In this document: piece by piece, positions 1 to 10,110 of the stretch | Numbering within the stretch: the first letter of the stretch is position 1 | How the letters are laid out: the number at the start of each line of letters is the position of its first letter | Origin: Rickettsiales bacterium | GTDB lineage: Bacteria; Pseudomonadota; Alphaproteobacteria; Rs-D84; CACZYB01 | Reading direction: 5' to 3' | NCBI GenBank assembly: GCA_031263095.1 | Contig: JAISGI010000015.1 | Location: 12,328-76,327, forward strand | DNA length: 64,000 bases | The notes under the pieces: model-generated | What the model saw: only the letters and a program-made list of their open reading frames with translations | The model's database searches: none | Told to the model about the DNA's origin: nothing | Program-made: the position numbers and the translations under genes

Positions 1-284
1 TCGCAAAGCGCAAGGATGTGCTTGGCCTTTACATTGAAAAACCCGGTTCTTTTTATGATTTCAGACAGCCGCCGCTCACCCAAGGCAAGCATTTTTTGCG
101 GCGTGTCCGCATCCTTGAACAGCTCGGCCGTGGCGATGTTGACACCCTTGTCGGTCGATTGGGCGGACAGCAGCACCGCTATCGCGAAAGTGAACGGGGT
201 CGTGTATCTAAGCTCGGACTTCTTGTCCCCGATTTGGTCTTCGAAGAAGTGGAGTATCTTTTCAAGGTTTTTCGGCGTTATCAT
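1..284 (-). CDS. nth: endonuclease III (Nth), N-terminal part; gene runs off the left edge of the window
   Basis: Reverse-strand translation from the ATG at 284 gives MITPKNLEKILHFFEDQIGDKKSELRYTTPFTFAIAVLLSAQSTDKGVNIATAELF..., the typical HhH-GPD endonuclease III N-terminus. It lies downstream of dnaG on the same strand. No stop codon occurs before the window edge. Confidence 0.6.
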   Translation of the reverse strand, partial: MITPKNLEKILHFFEDQIGDKKSELRYTTPFTFAIAVLLSAQSTDKGVNIATAELFKDADTPQKMLALGERRLSEIIKRTGFFNVKAKHILALC

Positions 285-329
285 TTCATCTCCTGTTTTA
301 TTATTCCACAGTCTTTCATAAATGCAACA

Positions 330-2078
330 TCAAAACATATCCCCTATGATTTCATCCGTTTTGGCAAGCTCCTCCTGCAAAGCGGAAATCCGCGCGCGCA
401 GCCGCTCCACCTCCAGGTCGAGCGAGGCGGTAAGGAGCTTGGTGTTTAGCTCGCGTATCTCGGCCGCAAGGTTCTCGCGCGAAAGCCGGGCCGCTTTCTC
501 GCGCATTATGCCCTCTGCCGTATCGGGCGAAGCGGCAAGCGAGTCCATCTCGAATTTGAGCGCGCTTCGCGCGTCGAAACCCTTGGCGGACAAAAAGGCG
601 CAGATTGTATCGCGCGTATGCGGCTGGGTCGAGGTTTCCGCCGCTACCGCCTCGAATATCCGCTTGAACTTCGCGTTCGTAAGATTGACGCGGAGCCCGC
701 CCTCGACAAGCTTGGCAAACTTGTTCGGGTACGATATGGCAAAGGCGAGAATCATCCGCTCGTTCCCGTTCTCGGGGTTGGCTTTCGGTGCGACTGGTAT
801 TTTCGCGGTCGGGATTTTCGAGAACGAGGCTTTCTCCCGCCGGTTGAACTCCTCGGTATAGAAAGTGCGCACGGACTCGTCCGCAATGCGCCCGATTTCC
901 CGCGTGATGTCCGCTTTTAGGCCAGCGCGCTGCTCCGGCGTCCTGACCTGCCTCCCCTCGGTGAAATAGCTCCAAAGCACATCCGACAGCGGAAGCGATT
1001 TGTCAAGCAGCGCCTTGAACTTCTCCGCGCCGAACGCGTTCAGGAATTCGTCCGGGTCTTTCGCGTCCTTGATAAGGCAGAAGCGCAAGGATTTCCCTGG
1101 TTTCAAGATTGGCAAAGCTCGCAATGCCGCCCTCGCCGAGGCATTCCGCCCCGCGGTGTCGTTGTCGAAACACAATATCGGCTCGGCCGAGATTTTCCAG
1201 ATTATTTCAATCTGCTTCTCGGTCATGGCCGTGCCAAGCGGCGCGATAGCGGTGGTGAATCCGAACTTGTGCAAGGAGATTGTGTCCATATACCCCTCGC
1301 ACGCGATTATTGGGTGCTCCGTATCCGTGTTCGCGCGCGAAAGCGCAAGGGCGTATAGGTTCGCGCCCTTGACGAACATCATGTTCTCGGGCGAGTTGAG
1401 GTACTTGGGTTCGCTGTTGTCGAGCACGCGTCCGCCGAATGCTATTATGCGTCCGCGCGGATCGGTAATTGGGAACATCACACGCGAACGGAAATAGTCG
1501 TACGCCGAGCCGTCTTTGTCGCTTTTCCTGGCAAGCCCTGCGGCCATGATTTGCTTGGGCTCTATGCCCTTGTTGGTAAGGAAACGGACAAGCTTGTTCC
1601 CCGGCGGCGCAAAGCCAAGCTTGAAATTGGCGATAATCTCGTCCGTGAGTCCCCGGCGGCGGAGATATGCCAAGCCCTCCGCTCCCTCCGGCTCGTAAAG
1701 CTCGCGCGCGAAATATTCCGCCGCCATCAAAAGTATGTCATAGAGGTTCTTGGCCTCCTTGGCCTTGGCAGCCTCGGCGGGCGTGAATTTCGGCACCTCG
1801 AGCCCGGCCTCCATGGCAAGCTTCTCCACCGCCTCGGGAAAGCTCATGTGCTGGTGCTGCATGACGAAATCTATGACCCCGCCGTGCGCGCCGCAGCCGA
1901 AGCAGTGGAAGAATCCCTTGTCCTCGGATACCGAGAAAGAGGGCGTCTTCTCCTTGTGGAAAGGACAGCAGCCCCAGTATTGGCGGCCCTTTGCGCTCAA
2001 GGGCACGTATTTGCCTATGACCTCGGATATCGAAAGCCTGGATTTAAGAAGTTCTATGAATGTTCTGTCAAGCGCCAT
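330..2078 (-). CDS. dnaG: DNA primase
   Basis: 582-aa ORF with a CHC2 zinc finger (CCPFHKEKTPSFSV...FHCFGCGAHG), a Toprim region and a C-terminal helicase-binding region. Confidence 0.9.
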   Translation of the reverse strand: MALDRTFIELLKSRLSISEVIGKYVPLSAKGRQYWGCCPFHKEKTPSFSVSEDKGFFHCFGCGAHGGVIDFVMQHQHMSFPEAVEKLAMEAGLEVPKFTPAEAAKAKEAKNLYDILLMAAEYFARELYEPEGAEGLAYLRRRGLTDEIIANFKLGFAPPGNKLVRFLTNKGIEPKQIMAAGLARKSDKDGSAYDYFRSRVMFPITDPRGRIIAFGGRVLDNSEPKYLNSPENMMFVKGANLYALALSRANTDTEHPIIACEGYMDTISLHKFGFTTAIAPLGTAMTEKQIEIIWKISAEPILCFDNDTAGRNASARAALRALPILKPGKSLRFCLIKDAKDPDEFLNAFGAEKFKALLDKSLPLSDVLWSYFTEGRQVRTPEQRAGLKADITREIGRIADESVRTFYTEEFNRREKASFSKIPTAKIPVAPKANPENGNERMILAFAISYPNKFAKLVEGGLRVNLTNAKFKRIFEAVAAETSTQPHTRDTICAFLSAKGFDARSALKFEMDSLAASPDTAEGIMREKAARLSRENLAAEIRELNTKLLTASLDLEVERLRARISALQEELAKTDEIIGDMF

Positions 2079-2173
2079 GGTTCAAGCCTACCACTCTCAC
2101 GTCTTATATGTCAACTATCCGCTTTACAAATACACAGATTCAGTGTAAAATATTCTGGATACAGGAGAGTATT

Positions 2174-5014
2174 ATGAGAAAAGTACTTCTTTTCCTTGCC
2201 GCTTTTGTCATGGCGAATGGCGCCTTTGCGGCAAGGACTATAAACGGGATAACTTATTCCGAGGGACCCTACAGCTGCGCCGTCTGCGTGGCGGGCACCT
2301 ATTGCCCGCAGGGTTCGACAAGCTCCGTACCCTGCGTGCCCGGCGACTATTGCCCCGAGAATTCCGCGGCGAAGATAACCTGCCCGGGCGGGTCTTTCTG
2401 CACGACGCCGGCGACCAAGGACGACTGCGCCCTTGGCGAGTATTGCCCTGCCGGCACGACCGGAGCGACAATTCAGGATAGATTATGCGACGCAGGTTCG
2501 TTCTGCTCCACCACCACTTTGATAGCCAACTGCCTGCCCGGCGAATACTGCCCCGCCGGCACTTTCGCACCCGATAGGACAAGCAGGCTTTGTCCCGCAG
2601 GCTCGTGGTGCACGTCCGATACGCTTACCAAGAAGCCCTGCGGCTCTGGCGAGTATTGCCAGGCGGGTACTACCGAATCCGACCCGGAGAAAAGGAAATG
2701 TCCAGCGGGCAATTACTGTACCGATACTACCTCGCCTCCTTTGCCCTGCGACCTTGGCGAATACTGTCCGCTTGGAACTAGCGAGCAGAATTCCGCAAAC
2801 CGCCAGTGTCCCGCCGGCTGGTACTGCGCCGACACGACTGACAAGGTTGGGTGCGTATCGACCATGTATTGCCCGGAAGGCAGCACGACCCCGGATAGTT
2901 GCGCCGCGGGAAGCTATTGCTCCTCGGACGCCAAGACCCAGACGCCATGCGCAAGCGGCCAGTACTGCCCGGCCGGAAGCGTATTTACCCAGCCTTGCCC
3001 TGCTGGTTCCTACTGCGAGACCCCGGCGACGATAGCGCTCTGCCCGGCTGGCAAATATTGCGACGAGGGTTCGACCTTGCTCACGGACAGCACGCATGTC
3101 CACCCGTGCCCGGCCGGATATATCTGCGATGCCGGCACGACGCCCGCGACCAAGACGGCCACTTCCTGCTACGCCGGATTCGTATGCCCCGAGGGTACTT
3201 CGCCCGCGACTGCCAACAATACCAAGTGTCCCGCGGGCTACGTCTGCGGCTACGGCACCACTCCGGCCACGGCTCAGGATACGCAGTGTCCGGCTGGTTT
3301 GGTCTGCGGCGAGGGCGCGACCCCGAACGATGTTTCAAGCGTAAGCGGCAACGTCGGCTATTGCCCTGCCGGAAAAGTGTGCGACGTTGGCACTACCCCG
3401 GCGACCGCGAACAATACATGCTGCCCCGCCGGTTTTGCCTGCGGCGAGGGTACTTCGCCCGCGGACGTCGCAAACCCGAGCGGTTCGGACGGCCGTGTCG
3501 AGGTCTGCTCGTCCTGTCAGGCCTGCTCGGTGATAGTGCCCGATTCGACATCCTGCCCCGCCGGCCACTTCTGCTTCAACGGCATAAGGGGAACCTGCCA
3601 GGCGGGCGAATACTGCCCTGAGGGTGGAACCTACACCTCGGTCGAACGTAGCGACAGGCTCTGCGCCGGGGGCGATGTTTGCTCCGCCGACACCAAGACC
3701 ATAACCGATACATGCGACTCGGGCGAGTTCTGCCCTCCCGGCACCTACTATGGCCAAACCGTGGTATCCGCGGTAAGTGGACGGCAGGAATGCCCCGCAG
3801 GGTACTATTGCTCCACCGACACCAAGACTATAACCGAGTGCGAGACCGAGGGTTGGTACTGCTCCGCCGGCTCTACCACGTGGCAGTATTGCCCTGCTGG
3901 CTCGTACTGCTCCACTTCTAAGGTCATACAAGCATGCGTCGCTGGACAGTACTGTCCCGAGGCCTCGAGCGCCGCGGCAACCTGCCAGGCCGGTTATAAA
4001 TGCTCCAAAGAGGCGGACACAAGGTCCAAGTGTGACGAGGGCTGGCTCTGCTTAGCCGGAACATATGACACTCAGCCGATAGTCTCTGGCTCTTCCGGTG
4101 AGCAGCGTTGCCCCGCGGGACACGTGTGCGCCGCTGACGCGTCTTCCATTACGAAATGCACCGCAGGCGAGTATTGCAACGAGGGTACCTACGTCGGACA
4201 GCCTGTTGTCCCGGGCTCTACCGGACGCCAGACATGCCCGGCAGGCTATGAGTGTACTGACGACGCGGCCGCTATCGAGCCGTGCGAATCTGGACAGCTT
4301 TGTTTGGCGGGTTCAAACGTGGGCAAAATGGGCAGCTCCGGCACCGACATAGGCCGCCACCAATGTCCTGCGGGATACGAATGTTCGGCTGCCGCGTCAA
4401 GCTATACCGAGTGCGCCTCCGGCGAATACTGCCCTGCTGGCTCCTACGTGGGTCAGGCTGTGGTAGAGGCTTCCGCCGGCAGGCAAAGCTGTCCCGCCGG
4501 ACGCTACTGCCTGAATGCGGCAAGCATTTCCCAGTGCTCGCCCGGTTCGTACTGCCCGATAGGCATGACTACGGCGAATCCCGACTGTACGGCCGGTTCA
4601 TGGTGCACCACTGACGCCAAGACTATTACGGAATGTAGTGCTGGCGACTACTGCCCGGCGCGCACGTTCGCAGATAACGCCGCTGGAGTAAGTTGCCCGG
4701 TCGGATACGTATGTTCCAACGTGACGACCAAGAACAACTGCGGCGCTGGATATATCTGCCCTAATACCGGCATGCAGACTGCGATACCGTGCGCGCCTGG
4801 CTCGTACTCTGACGCGACGAACTCGACGGCGCTTGCCTGCATCGCTTGCCCAGCCAATGCCTGGAGCGACCCGGCCTCAAGCGCGCTTGAGGCCTGCGGC
4901 ACCTGCGACGCCGGCAAGTTCATCGAGGTCTGCCCGACCGGCGACTGCGACGCCGAGAAAAAGGCTCGCCCGAACTGCTCGTATAATTCGAACAATACAT
5001 ATACCTGCTCGTAA
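2174..5014 (+). CDS. large secreted cysteine-rich repeat protein (~40 tandem C-P-A-G-x-Y-C units; GCC2/GCC3- or ephrin-receptor-like pattern)
   Basis: An AGGAG Shine-Dalgarno site precedes the ATG at 2174. A signal peptide (MRKVLLFLAAFVMANGAFA) is followed by about 940 aa made of ~20–24-aa repeats of the form C(P/A)AG(S/T/Y)(Y/W/F)C...T(T/S)...C. A hairpin terminator follows at 5018-5048. The listed ORF start at 2060 reads through the upstream intergenic region and is unlikely to be the true start. Confidence 0.75.
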   Translation: MRKVLLFLAAFVMANGAFAARTINGITYSEGPYSCAVCVAGTYCPQGSTSSVPCVPGDYCPENSAAKITCPGGSFCTTPATKDDCALGEYCPAGTTGATIQDRLCDAGSFCSTTTLIANCLPGEYCPAGTFAPDRTSRLCPAGSWCTSDTLTKKPCGSGEYCQAGTTESDPEKRKCPAGNYCTDTTSPPLPCDLGEYCPLGTSEQNSANRQCPAGWYCADTTDKVGCVSTMYCPEGSTTPDSCAAGSYCSSDAKTQTPCASGQYCPAGSVFTQPCPAGSYCETPATIALCPAGKYCDEGSTLLTDSTHVHPCPAGYICDAGTTPATKTATSCYAGFVCPEGTSPATANNTKCPAGYVCGYGTTPATAQDTQCPAGLVCGEGATPNDVSSVSGNVGYCPAGKVCDVGTTPATANNTCCPAGFACGEGTSPADVANPSGSDGRVEVCSSCQACSVIVPDSTSCPAGHFCFNGIRGTCQAGEYCPEGGTYTSVERSDRLCAGGDVCSADTKTITDTCDSGEFCPPGTYYGQTVVSAVSGRQECPAGYYCSTDTKTITECETEGWYCSAGSTTWQYCPAGSYCSTSKVIQACVAGQYCPEASSAAATCQAGYKCSKEADTRSKCDEGWLCLAGTYDTQPIVSGSSGEQRCPAGHVCAADASSITKCTAGEYCNEGTYVGQPVVPGSTGRQTCPAGYECTDDAAAIEPCESGQLCLAGSNVGKMGSSGTDIGRHQCPAGYECSAAASSYTECASGEYCPAGSYVGQAVVEASAGRQSCPAGRYCLNAASISQCSPGSYCPIGMTTANPDCTAGSWCTTDAKTITECSAGDYCPARTFADNAAGVSCPVGYVCSNVTTKNNCGAGYICPNTGMQTAIPCAPGSYSDATNSTALACIACPANAWSDPASSALEACGTCDAGKFIEVCPTGDCDAEKKARPNCSYNSNNTYTCS

Positions 5015-5017
5015 GGA

Positions 5018-5048
5018 AAAAGGAGGCTCGCAAGCCTCCTTTTTTATA
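5018..5048. terminator. Rho-independent bidirectional terminator hairpin
   Basis: aaaaaGGAGGCTCGCAAGCCTCCttttttat: a GC-rich stem with A- and T-tracts on both sides, between convergent genes. Confidence 0.55.
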
Positions 5049-5281
5049 AACAAATAATTTTATTGTTATTCCACAGGCGAACTTATTTCCTTTCTACAGC
5101 TTTGGGCGCTTCTATCTTGACCGATTCGGTCTTGATTCGTATCGGCGCCTGCCAAAGCGAAAGGAAGACAAGCACGCTTGCGCTTATTGCGATTGTTATC
5201 CGCCGCCGCATCATCGAAACGTGCCGCCTAGGCGCGCTGCTCCCGCCAAGCCCGATTCCCATGCCTATCATAAAAACCTCC

Positions 5282-6052
5282 TCACTCCTCGACCAGCCTA
5301 TTGAATTCCCTCTCGACCGCCGCATGCGCCGCAGCCGCCATTTCCTTGCGATTCGCATATTTCGCCAGGTCGAGCGGCTCGCCTATCGAGATCTCGGCCG
5401 ACACGGGAAATTTGTCGCGTATTGCGCCGAAATGCTGGGCAAGAGTCTGCTCCGGCAGATACCAGGAATAAAGCTGCCTCTCGGCAAGCGTCATCCGCCT
5501 CCGCCCGCGCCGCGTATATGCAATCGCCATGGGCTGTACGATTATATCCGCCGCGCCGCCGCCCTCGAATATGGAAAACATCGAGCTTTTGAAGGACAAA
5601 ATGCTTGCCCCGTCGCCGCTGGTTCCCTCGGGAAAGATAAGCAAGGGTATGCGCCGGCCGTCAAACGCCTGCTCGATGACGCTCACTTCGCCCGCCGCCG
5701 CCATCCGCCTGCGCGAGATGAAGACCGTGTTCCCAAGCCGCGTGATAACGCCGAACAGCGGCCAGGTGGCCACATCCTCTTTCGCAACAAAGTTTATTTT
5801 GAGAAGCCGCCCTATGGCAAGGATGTCAAGATACGACATGTGGTTGCACAGCAGCAGGACTTTCTTGCCCCCGACAATCCGTCCATGCCTGACCCGCGAA
5901 TGCAGGCCAAGGAAAAGGCAATAGACTTTGAAGTAAAAACGATGGAACGACGGCGCCAGCCACCGCAGCCCCGGCACATACCTCACCGCCCACATTATCG
6001 GCATGGCGACAATCGCCCATATGAACATGAAGAAAAGCTTTATGTAAATCAT
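5282..6052 (-). CDS. plsC: 1-acyl-sn-glycerol-3-phosphate acyltransferase
   Basis: Contains the HxxxxD acyltransferase motif (LCNHMSYLDI) and the FPEGTSGDG motif, with an N-terminal transmembrane segment. Confidence 0.8.
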   Translation of the reverse strand: MIYIKLFFMFIWAIVAMPIMWAVRYVPGLRWLAPSFHRFYFKVYCLFLGLHSRVRHGRIVGGKKVLLLCNHMSYLDILAIGRLLKINFVAKEDVATWPLFGVITRLGNTVFISRRRMAAAGEVSVIEQAFDGRRIPLLIFPEGTSGDGASILSFKSSMFSIFEGGGAADIIVQPMAIAYTRRGRRRMTLAERQLYSWYLPEQTLAQHFGAIRDKFPVSAEISIGEPLDLAKYANRKEMAAAAHAAVEREFNRLVEE

Positions 6053-6074
6053 ACTTTCCCTTTTTATTATTATA

Positions 6075-6128
6075 ACCTGTGGGAATGCCGGAAATAACTT
6101 GAAAAGTTATTCTGGCTTTCCACAGGCC
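6075..6128. repeat. REP-like palindromic element (CCTGTGG...CCACAGG family)
   Basis: acCTGTGGgaatgccggaaataacttgaaaagttattctggctttCCACAGG: a ~22-bp imperfect inverted repeat around a GAAAA loop. It is preceded by the T-rich stretch ttttattattataa. Confidence 0.6.
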
Positions 6129-6146
6129 TTAAACTCCTCCAGCTTC

Positions 6147-6569
6147 CTATTTAAGCTCCACCTTGTCGAAGTTTATTGGGTTCAAGACAAAAGGCGAGAA
6201 TCCCGAATCCGCTGTAACACCTGCGATGACCGCGCGTATGAACGGGAACAGATGCGAGGGGATGGTCTTGGTAAGCAGACGCTTCAAGGCCTCCTCTTCG
6301 GTTATATGCACCGCGGCCATGGAACCGTAGGCAAGCTCGATTACGAACAGCGGCTTGTCGGCAAGCGTGTTGGTAATCTTCAGGTTCATGACGACCTCGT
6401 AAAGCTCATCTCCCATTTTGGCTGTCTTGACCTCAAGGTTCATGTCGATTTTTGGCTGGCCCTCAAGCTTCTCGAAGAATATGCGCGGACTGGACGGCGC
6501 CTCGAACGAAAGGTCTTTGATATACTGGTTCAGGATTTCGAATTCCGGCTTCGGCTGGACGTTTTCCAT
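6147..6569 (-). CDS. secB: protein-export chaperone SecB
   Basis: 140 aa with typical SecB sequence (EFEILNQYIKDLSFE...LFVIELAYGSMAAV...FPFIRAVIAGVTADSGFSPFVLNPINF). Confidence 0.85.
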   Translation of the reverse strand: MENVQPKPEFEILNQYIKDLSFEAPSSPRIFFEKLEGQPKIDMNLEVKTAKMGDELYEVVMNLKITNTLADKPLFVIELAYGSMAAVHITEEEALKRLLTKTIPSHLFPFIRAVIAGVTADSGFSPFVLNPINFDKVELK

Positions 6570-6651
6570 TTATTGCTCCTTGTTTGGCTTGCTTTTCTCT
6601 CATTATAGGATATAATGGCCGCTACGCAACAAGTTTTTTAAGGAGTGGATT

Positions 6652-7296
6652 ATGAGTGCTATAGACGTATGCATGCTTGGGTTCTTCGGGTTCGTCTGCT
6701 ATTGCGCTTGGCGCACGTTCAAGGGGGACAAACCCGAGCCGCTCGCCGCGGCGGGCAAAACCGCGGCCGAACCCATAAAGCCGCTTATAAGCCTTGCGCC
6801 CGCAAAGCCGGTTGAGAAAGCGGAGCCGGTAAAGCAGGAGGACAGCCTTGAGATGAAAGTCCTCTCTCTTGCCTCCCGCGACAAGGGGTTCGAGCCGCAG
6901 GCGTTCATGGAGTCCGCCCGCCAGGCGTTCGATATTATACTGAAGTCGTTCGAGGAGGGGGATGTCGAGGCAATCCGCCCGCTGGTCTCGGCCAAGGTTG
7001 CCAAATCGCTTGAAAAGCAGATGGCCGCGCTTGCCGCCAAGAAACACAAACTCTCGACCGAAATCGTAAGGTATAAAAAGGTCTATATGGAGGACATCGC
7101 CATTTCGGACAAGTCCGCGCGCATAGTTGTGCATATAATAACCGAGCAGACAGCGCTTCTTACCGACGCCAAGGGCAAGATTATAGAGGGGGACGAGAAC
7201 AGCATACGCGAGGTCAAGGACGCCTGGGCGTTCGAACGCAACTTCTCCTCCCGCGGCGGCTGGGTGCTGGTGGAAATGCTAAAGGCGGATAAGTAG
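6652..7296 (+). CDS. Tim44-like domain membrane protein
   Basis: N-terminal transmembrane segment, a low-complexity linker and a C-terminal Tim44/NTF2-like region (ARQAFDIILKSFEEGDVEAIRPLVSAKVAKSLEKQ...WVLVEM). Confidence 0.6.
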   Translation: MSAIDVCMLGFFGFVCYCAWRTFKGDKPEPLAAAGKTAAEPIKPLISLAPAKPVEKAEPVKQEDSLEMKVLSLASRDKGFEPQAFMESARQAFDIILKSFEEGDVEAIRPLVSAKVAKSLEKQMAALAAKKHKLSTEIVRYKKVYMEDIAISDKSARIVVHIITEQTALLTDAKGKIIEGDENSIREVKDAWAFERNFSSRGGWVLVEMLKADK

Positions 7297-7302
7297 CCGA
7301 CG

Positions 7303-7554
7303 CTATTTGCTGTCTTTTGTGGATTTATAGAGCGCCATGACGCCGATGATAAGGTTTATTATCACGGATAAAGCTGCCGCCACTATGAAAATAAATCCCA
7401 TAAGCTCGCTCGCATTCTTGAACAAGGCCGCGCCTATAAGCCCAAGCGGCATCGCAATCAGCCAGCCGAACAGTACTTTCCAAGTGAATATATTACGGTT
7501 TTTCAGCTTGTTGTTTATGCCCCTAAGCAAAGCTTCAATCCTATCTTCGTTCAT
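7303..7554 (-). CDS. small hypothetical membrane protein (83 aa, two TM segments)
   Basis: ORF with two hydrophobic helices; no motif recognised. Confidence 0.35.
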   Translation of the reverse strand: MNEDRIEALLRGINNKLKNRNIFTWKVLFGWLIAMPLGLIGAALFKNASELMGFIFIVAAALSVIINLIIGVMALYKSTKDSK

Positions 7555-7684
7555 ATCTAGCCTCCTTTTTTATCCGTAATAATATCAAATTTTATTATTA
7601 TTGTCAATCCTCGCTCTCCACAGTCTATCAAATTCTTTCTTGATTCTTGAGGTTCCATAATATATCCTCCCTTGAGAGGAAAAC

Positions 7685-9643
7685 ATGGCTCAAAGTTCAT
7701 ACAGCGCGAAAGACATCGAGGTTTTGGAGGGGCTCGAGCCCGTCCGCATGCGCCCCGGCATGTACATCGGCGGCGTGGACGCGAACGCTCTCCACCATCT
7801 GGCAAGCGAGATTCTTGATAACGCTATGGACGAGGTCGGCGCCGGCTTCGCGCGCGAAATTTCTATGGAAATCTTGGAGGACGGCCGCGTCCGCATATCC
7901 GACGACGGCCGCGGCATTCCCGTGGACGACCATCCCAAGTTTCCGGGCAAATCCGCGCTCGAGGTGATACTCACAACGCTCCACTCCGGCGGCAAGTTCA
8001 GCGACAAGGTGTACCAGACCTCCGGCGGCCTGCACGGCGTCGGCTCCTCGGTCGTGAACGCGCTTTCTGAGGAAATGACGGTCGAGGTCTCCCGCGGCGG
8101 CAACATCTACCGCCAGAAATATTCCCGCGGCCTGCCGACTTCGAAACTCGAAATCGTCGGCAAATCCAAGAAGACCGGCACCACGGTCGAGTTCAAGCCC
8201 GACGCCACGATTTTTGGCGAGGGAAACGTGTTCAAACCGCTGCGGCTCTTTCGCATGGCGCGTTCCAAGGCGTTCCTTTTCAAGGGCGTGGTAATACACT
8301 GGAAGTCGCAGATTCCCGTGGATGGCGTGCCGGCTGAGGCTACGCTCAATTTTCCAAACGGCATCGCCGACTTCTTGGCCGAAACAATAGAAACGCGTCC
8401 TAAGGTGATAGACGAGATTTTCTATACCGAAACCCCGCTTGCCGAGGACAAGGGCAGGGTGGAGGTAGCTCTGTCGTGGATAGATACCACGCGCGAGGAG
8501 GGCGCGACCGGCGGGTTCATAAGCTCTTACGCCAATACGATTCCGACACCCGACGGCGGCACGCACGAGGCCGGGTTCAAGTCGGCCATCACGAAAAGCC
8601 TCAAATCTTTCGCCGACATGGTTGGCAATAAGAAATTCGCCCAGGTCATATCCGAGGATATTTTCGACGATGCCGCGGTGGTGCTCTCGCTCTTTTACAA
8701 GAACCCGCAGTTCCAGGGTCAGACCAAGGAGAAGTTCAGCTCTGCCGAGGCGACCCGCCTAATCGACACGGCGCTCAAGAACTATTTCGACTACTTTTTG
8801 ACCCAAAACCCGGCTCAATCTAATCTTTTGCTTGGTTATATAATCGAAAAGGCCGAGGCAAGGCTTAAACTTAAAAAGCTCAAGGAAACGATTCGCAAGT
8901 CGCCTACGAAAAAACTCCGCCTGCCGGGAAAATTGGCCGACTGCTCCAACCGCGACCGCACGGGAACCGAGCTTTTTTTGGTCGAGGGCGACTCCGCGGG
9001 TGGCAGCGCGAAACAGGCTCGCAGCCGCGCGACTCAGGCGATTCTCCCGCTGCGGGGAAAAATTCTCAACGTCGCCTCCGCCTCAAGCGACAAGCTCTCC
9101 GCGAACAAGGAGATTGGCGATATTACCGAGGCCTTGGGCGCGGGCGCCGGACGCGATTATAACGAGGACAAGCTCCGCTACGACAAGGTAATAATCATGA
9201 CCGACGCCGACGTCGACGGCGCGCATATAGCAAGCCTTTTGATGACGTTCTTCTTCGAGCAGATGCCAGGGCTCATCGCCGACGGCCACCTGTATCTGGC
9301 GCTTCCGCCGCTGTTCAAGGTCTCCGACGGCCGCACGTCGTACTACGCCATGGACGAGCAGGAAAAGGACGCTATAATCGCCAGGCATTTCAAAGGAAAA
9401 AAGGTCGAAATCTCCCGCTTCAAGGGCCTTGGCGAAATGATGCCGGGACAGCTCAAGGAAACGACAATGGATCCGAAAACGCGCCAGCTGCTGCGCGTGG
9501 AAATTCCTCCGCATACCGAGGAGGGGCGCGAGGATTTCGCCGCCACGCGCGAGCTTGTCGCCAACCTCATGGGCAAGAATGCCGAGTTCCGCTTTCGCTT
9601 CATACAGGAGGGGGCGAAGTTCGGGGTCGAGCTGGATATATAA
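7685..9643 (+). CDS. parE: type IIA topoisomerase B subunit, short form (topoisomerase IV subunit B ParE-like)
   Basis: 652 aa with the GHKL ATPase region (LEGLEPVRMRPGMYIGG...HHLASEILDNAMDE), a Toprim domain ([34 protein letters not shown]) and the DADVDG motif. It lacks the ~170-aa insertion present in the 818-aa GyrB at 13450. Confidence 0.8.
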   Translation: MAQSSYSAKDIEVLEGLEPVRMRPGMYIGGVDANALHHLASEILDNAMDEVGAGFAREISMEILEDGRVRISDDGRGIPVDDHPKFPGKSALEVILTTLHSGGKFSDKVYQTSGGLHGVGSSVVNALSEEMTVEVSRGGNIYRQKYSRGLPTSKLEIVGKSKKTGTTVEFKPDATIFGEGNVFKPLRLFRMARSKAFLFKGVVIHWKSQIPVDGVPAEATLNFPNGIADFLAETIETRPKVIDEIFYTETPLAEDKGRVEVALSWIDTTREEGATGGFISSYANTIPTPDGGTHEAGFKSAITKSLKSFADMVGNKKFAQVISEDIFDDAAVVLSLFYKNPQFQGQTKEKFSSAEATRLIDTALKNYFDYFLTQNPAQSNLLLGYIIEKAEARLKLKKLKETIRKSPTKKLRLPGKLADCSNRDRTGTELFLVEGDSAGGSAKQARSRATQAILPLRGKILNVASASSDKLSANKEIGDITEALGAGAGRDYNEDKLRYDKVIIMTDADVDGAHIASLLMTFFFEQMPGLIADGHLYLALPPLFKVSDGRTSYYAMDEQEKDAIIARHFKGKKVEISRFKGLGEMMPGQLKETTMDPKTRQLLRVEIPPHTEEGREDFAATRELVANLMGKNAEFRFRFIQEGAKFGVELDI

Positions 9644-9666
9644 CAAGCAAACAAAAGGAGCCTATA

Positions 9667-10110
9667 ATGCCCAAAACCGATGTCGGCGCCGGATGCGCAG
9701 TAGTGGTCTTCAACGAGAAGAAACAGTTTCTCATGCTCCACCGCCGCAAGGATGTCAAGCACGCACCCGACACATGGTGCCTTCCCGGCGGCTGGATAGA
9801 GAAGTTCGAGGAGCTGGAAATCGCCGCCGCGCGCGAAACGCTCGAGGAAACCGGAGTCCTTGTCCGCAATGTCAAAGTAATGGGCGTCCAGAACAATATA
9901 AGGCGCAACGAAGACCACCATACGATTACGGTGATTATGGCGGCGGTTATGAGGGATGGCAGTCCCGCACCCACGAACGCCGAACCGGACAAGGCCGACG
10001 CCGTGCGCTGGATAGATGATTGGAATAATATGCCCGCCCCGACATTCTCCGCCTACTCCGCCGCCGTCTCCCGCGAAACGCTCGAAAAATATCTGTCTGA
10101 AAATCTATAA
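9667..10110 (+). CDS. NUDIX hydrolase
   Basis: Carries a Nudix box (GGWIEKFEELEIAAARETLEETGV). Confidence 0.75.
   Translation: MPKTDVGAGCAVVVFNEKKQFLMLHRRKDVKHAPDTWCLPGGWIEKFEELEIAAARETLEETGVLVRNVKVMGVQNNIRRNEDHHTITVIMAAVMRDGSPAPTNAEPDKADAVRWIDDWNNMPAPTFSAYSAAVSRETLEKYLSENL

Noticed and set aside
352-975. Long antisense or overlapping ORFs, e.g. 352-975(-), 2483-3103(-), 5063-6097(+), 11495-12445(+), 14884-15501(-), 16440-17303(-), 39416-40123(+), 43298-44137(+), 49939-50937(+), 53667-54257(+).
   Set aside because: Each lies opposite or inside a confidently identified housekeeping gene, has a GC-rich Arg/Ala/Pro-biased composition and no Shine-Dalgarno site. These are typical shadow ORFs of a ~58% GC genome.
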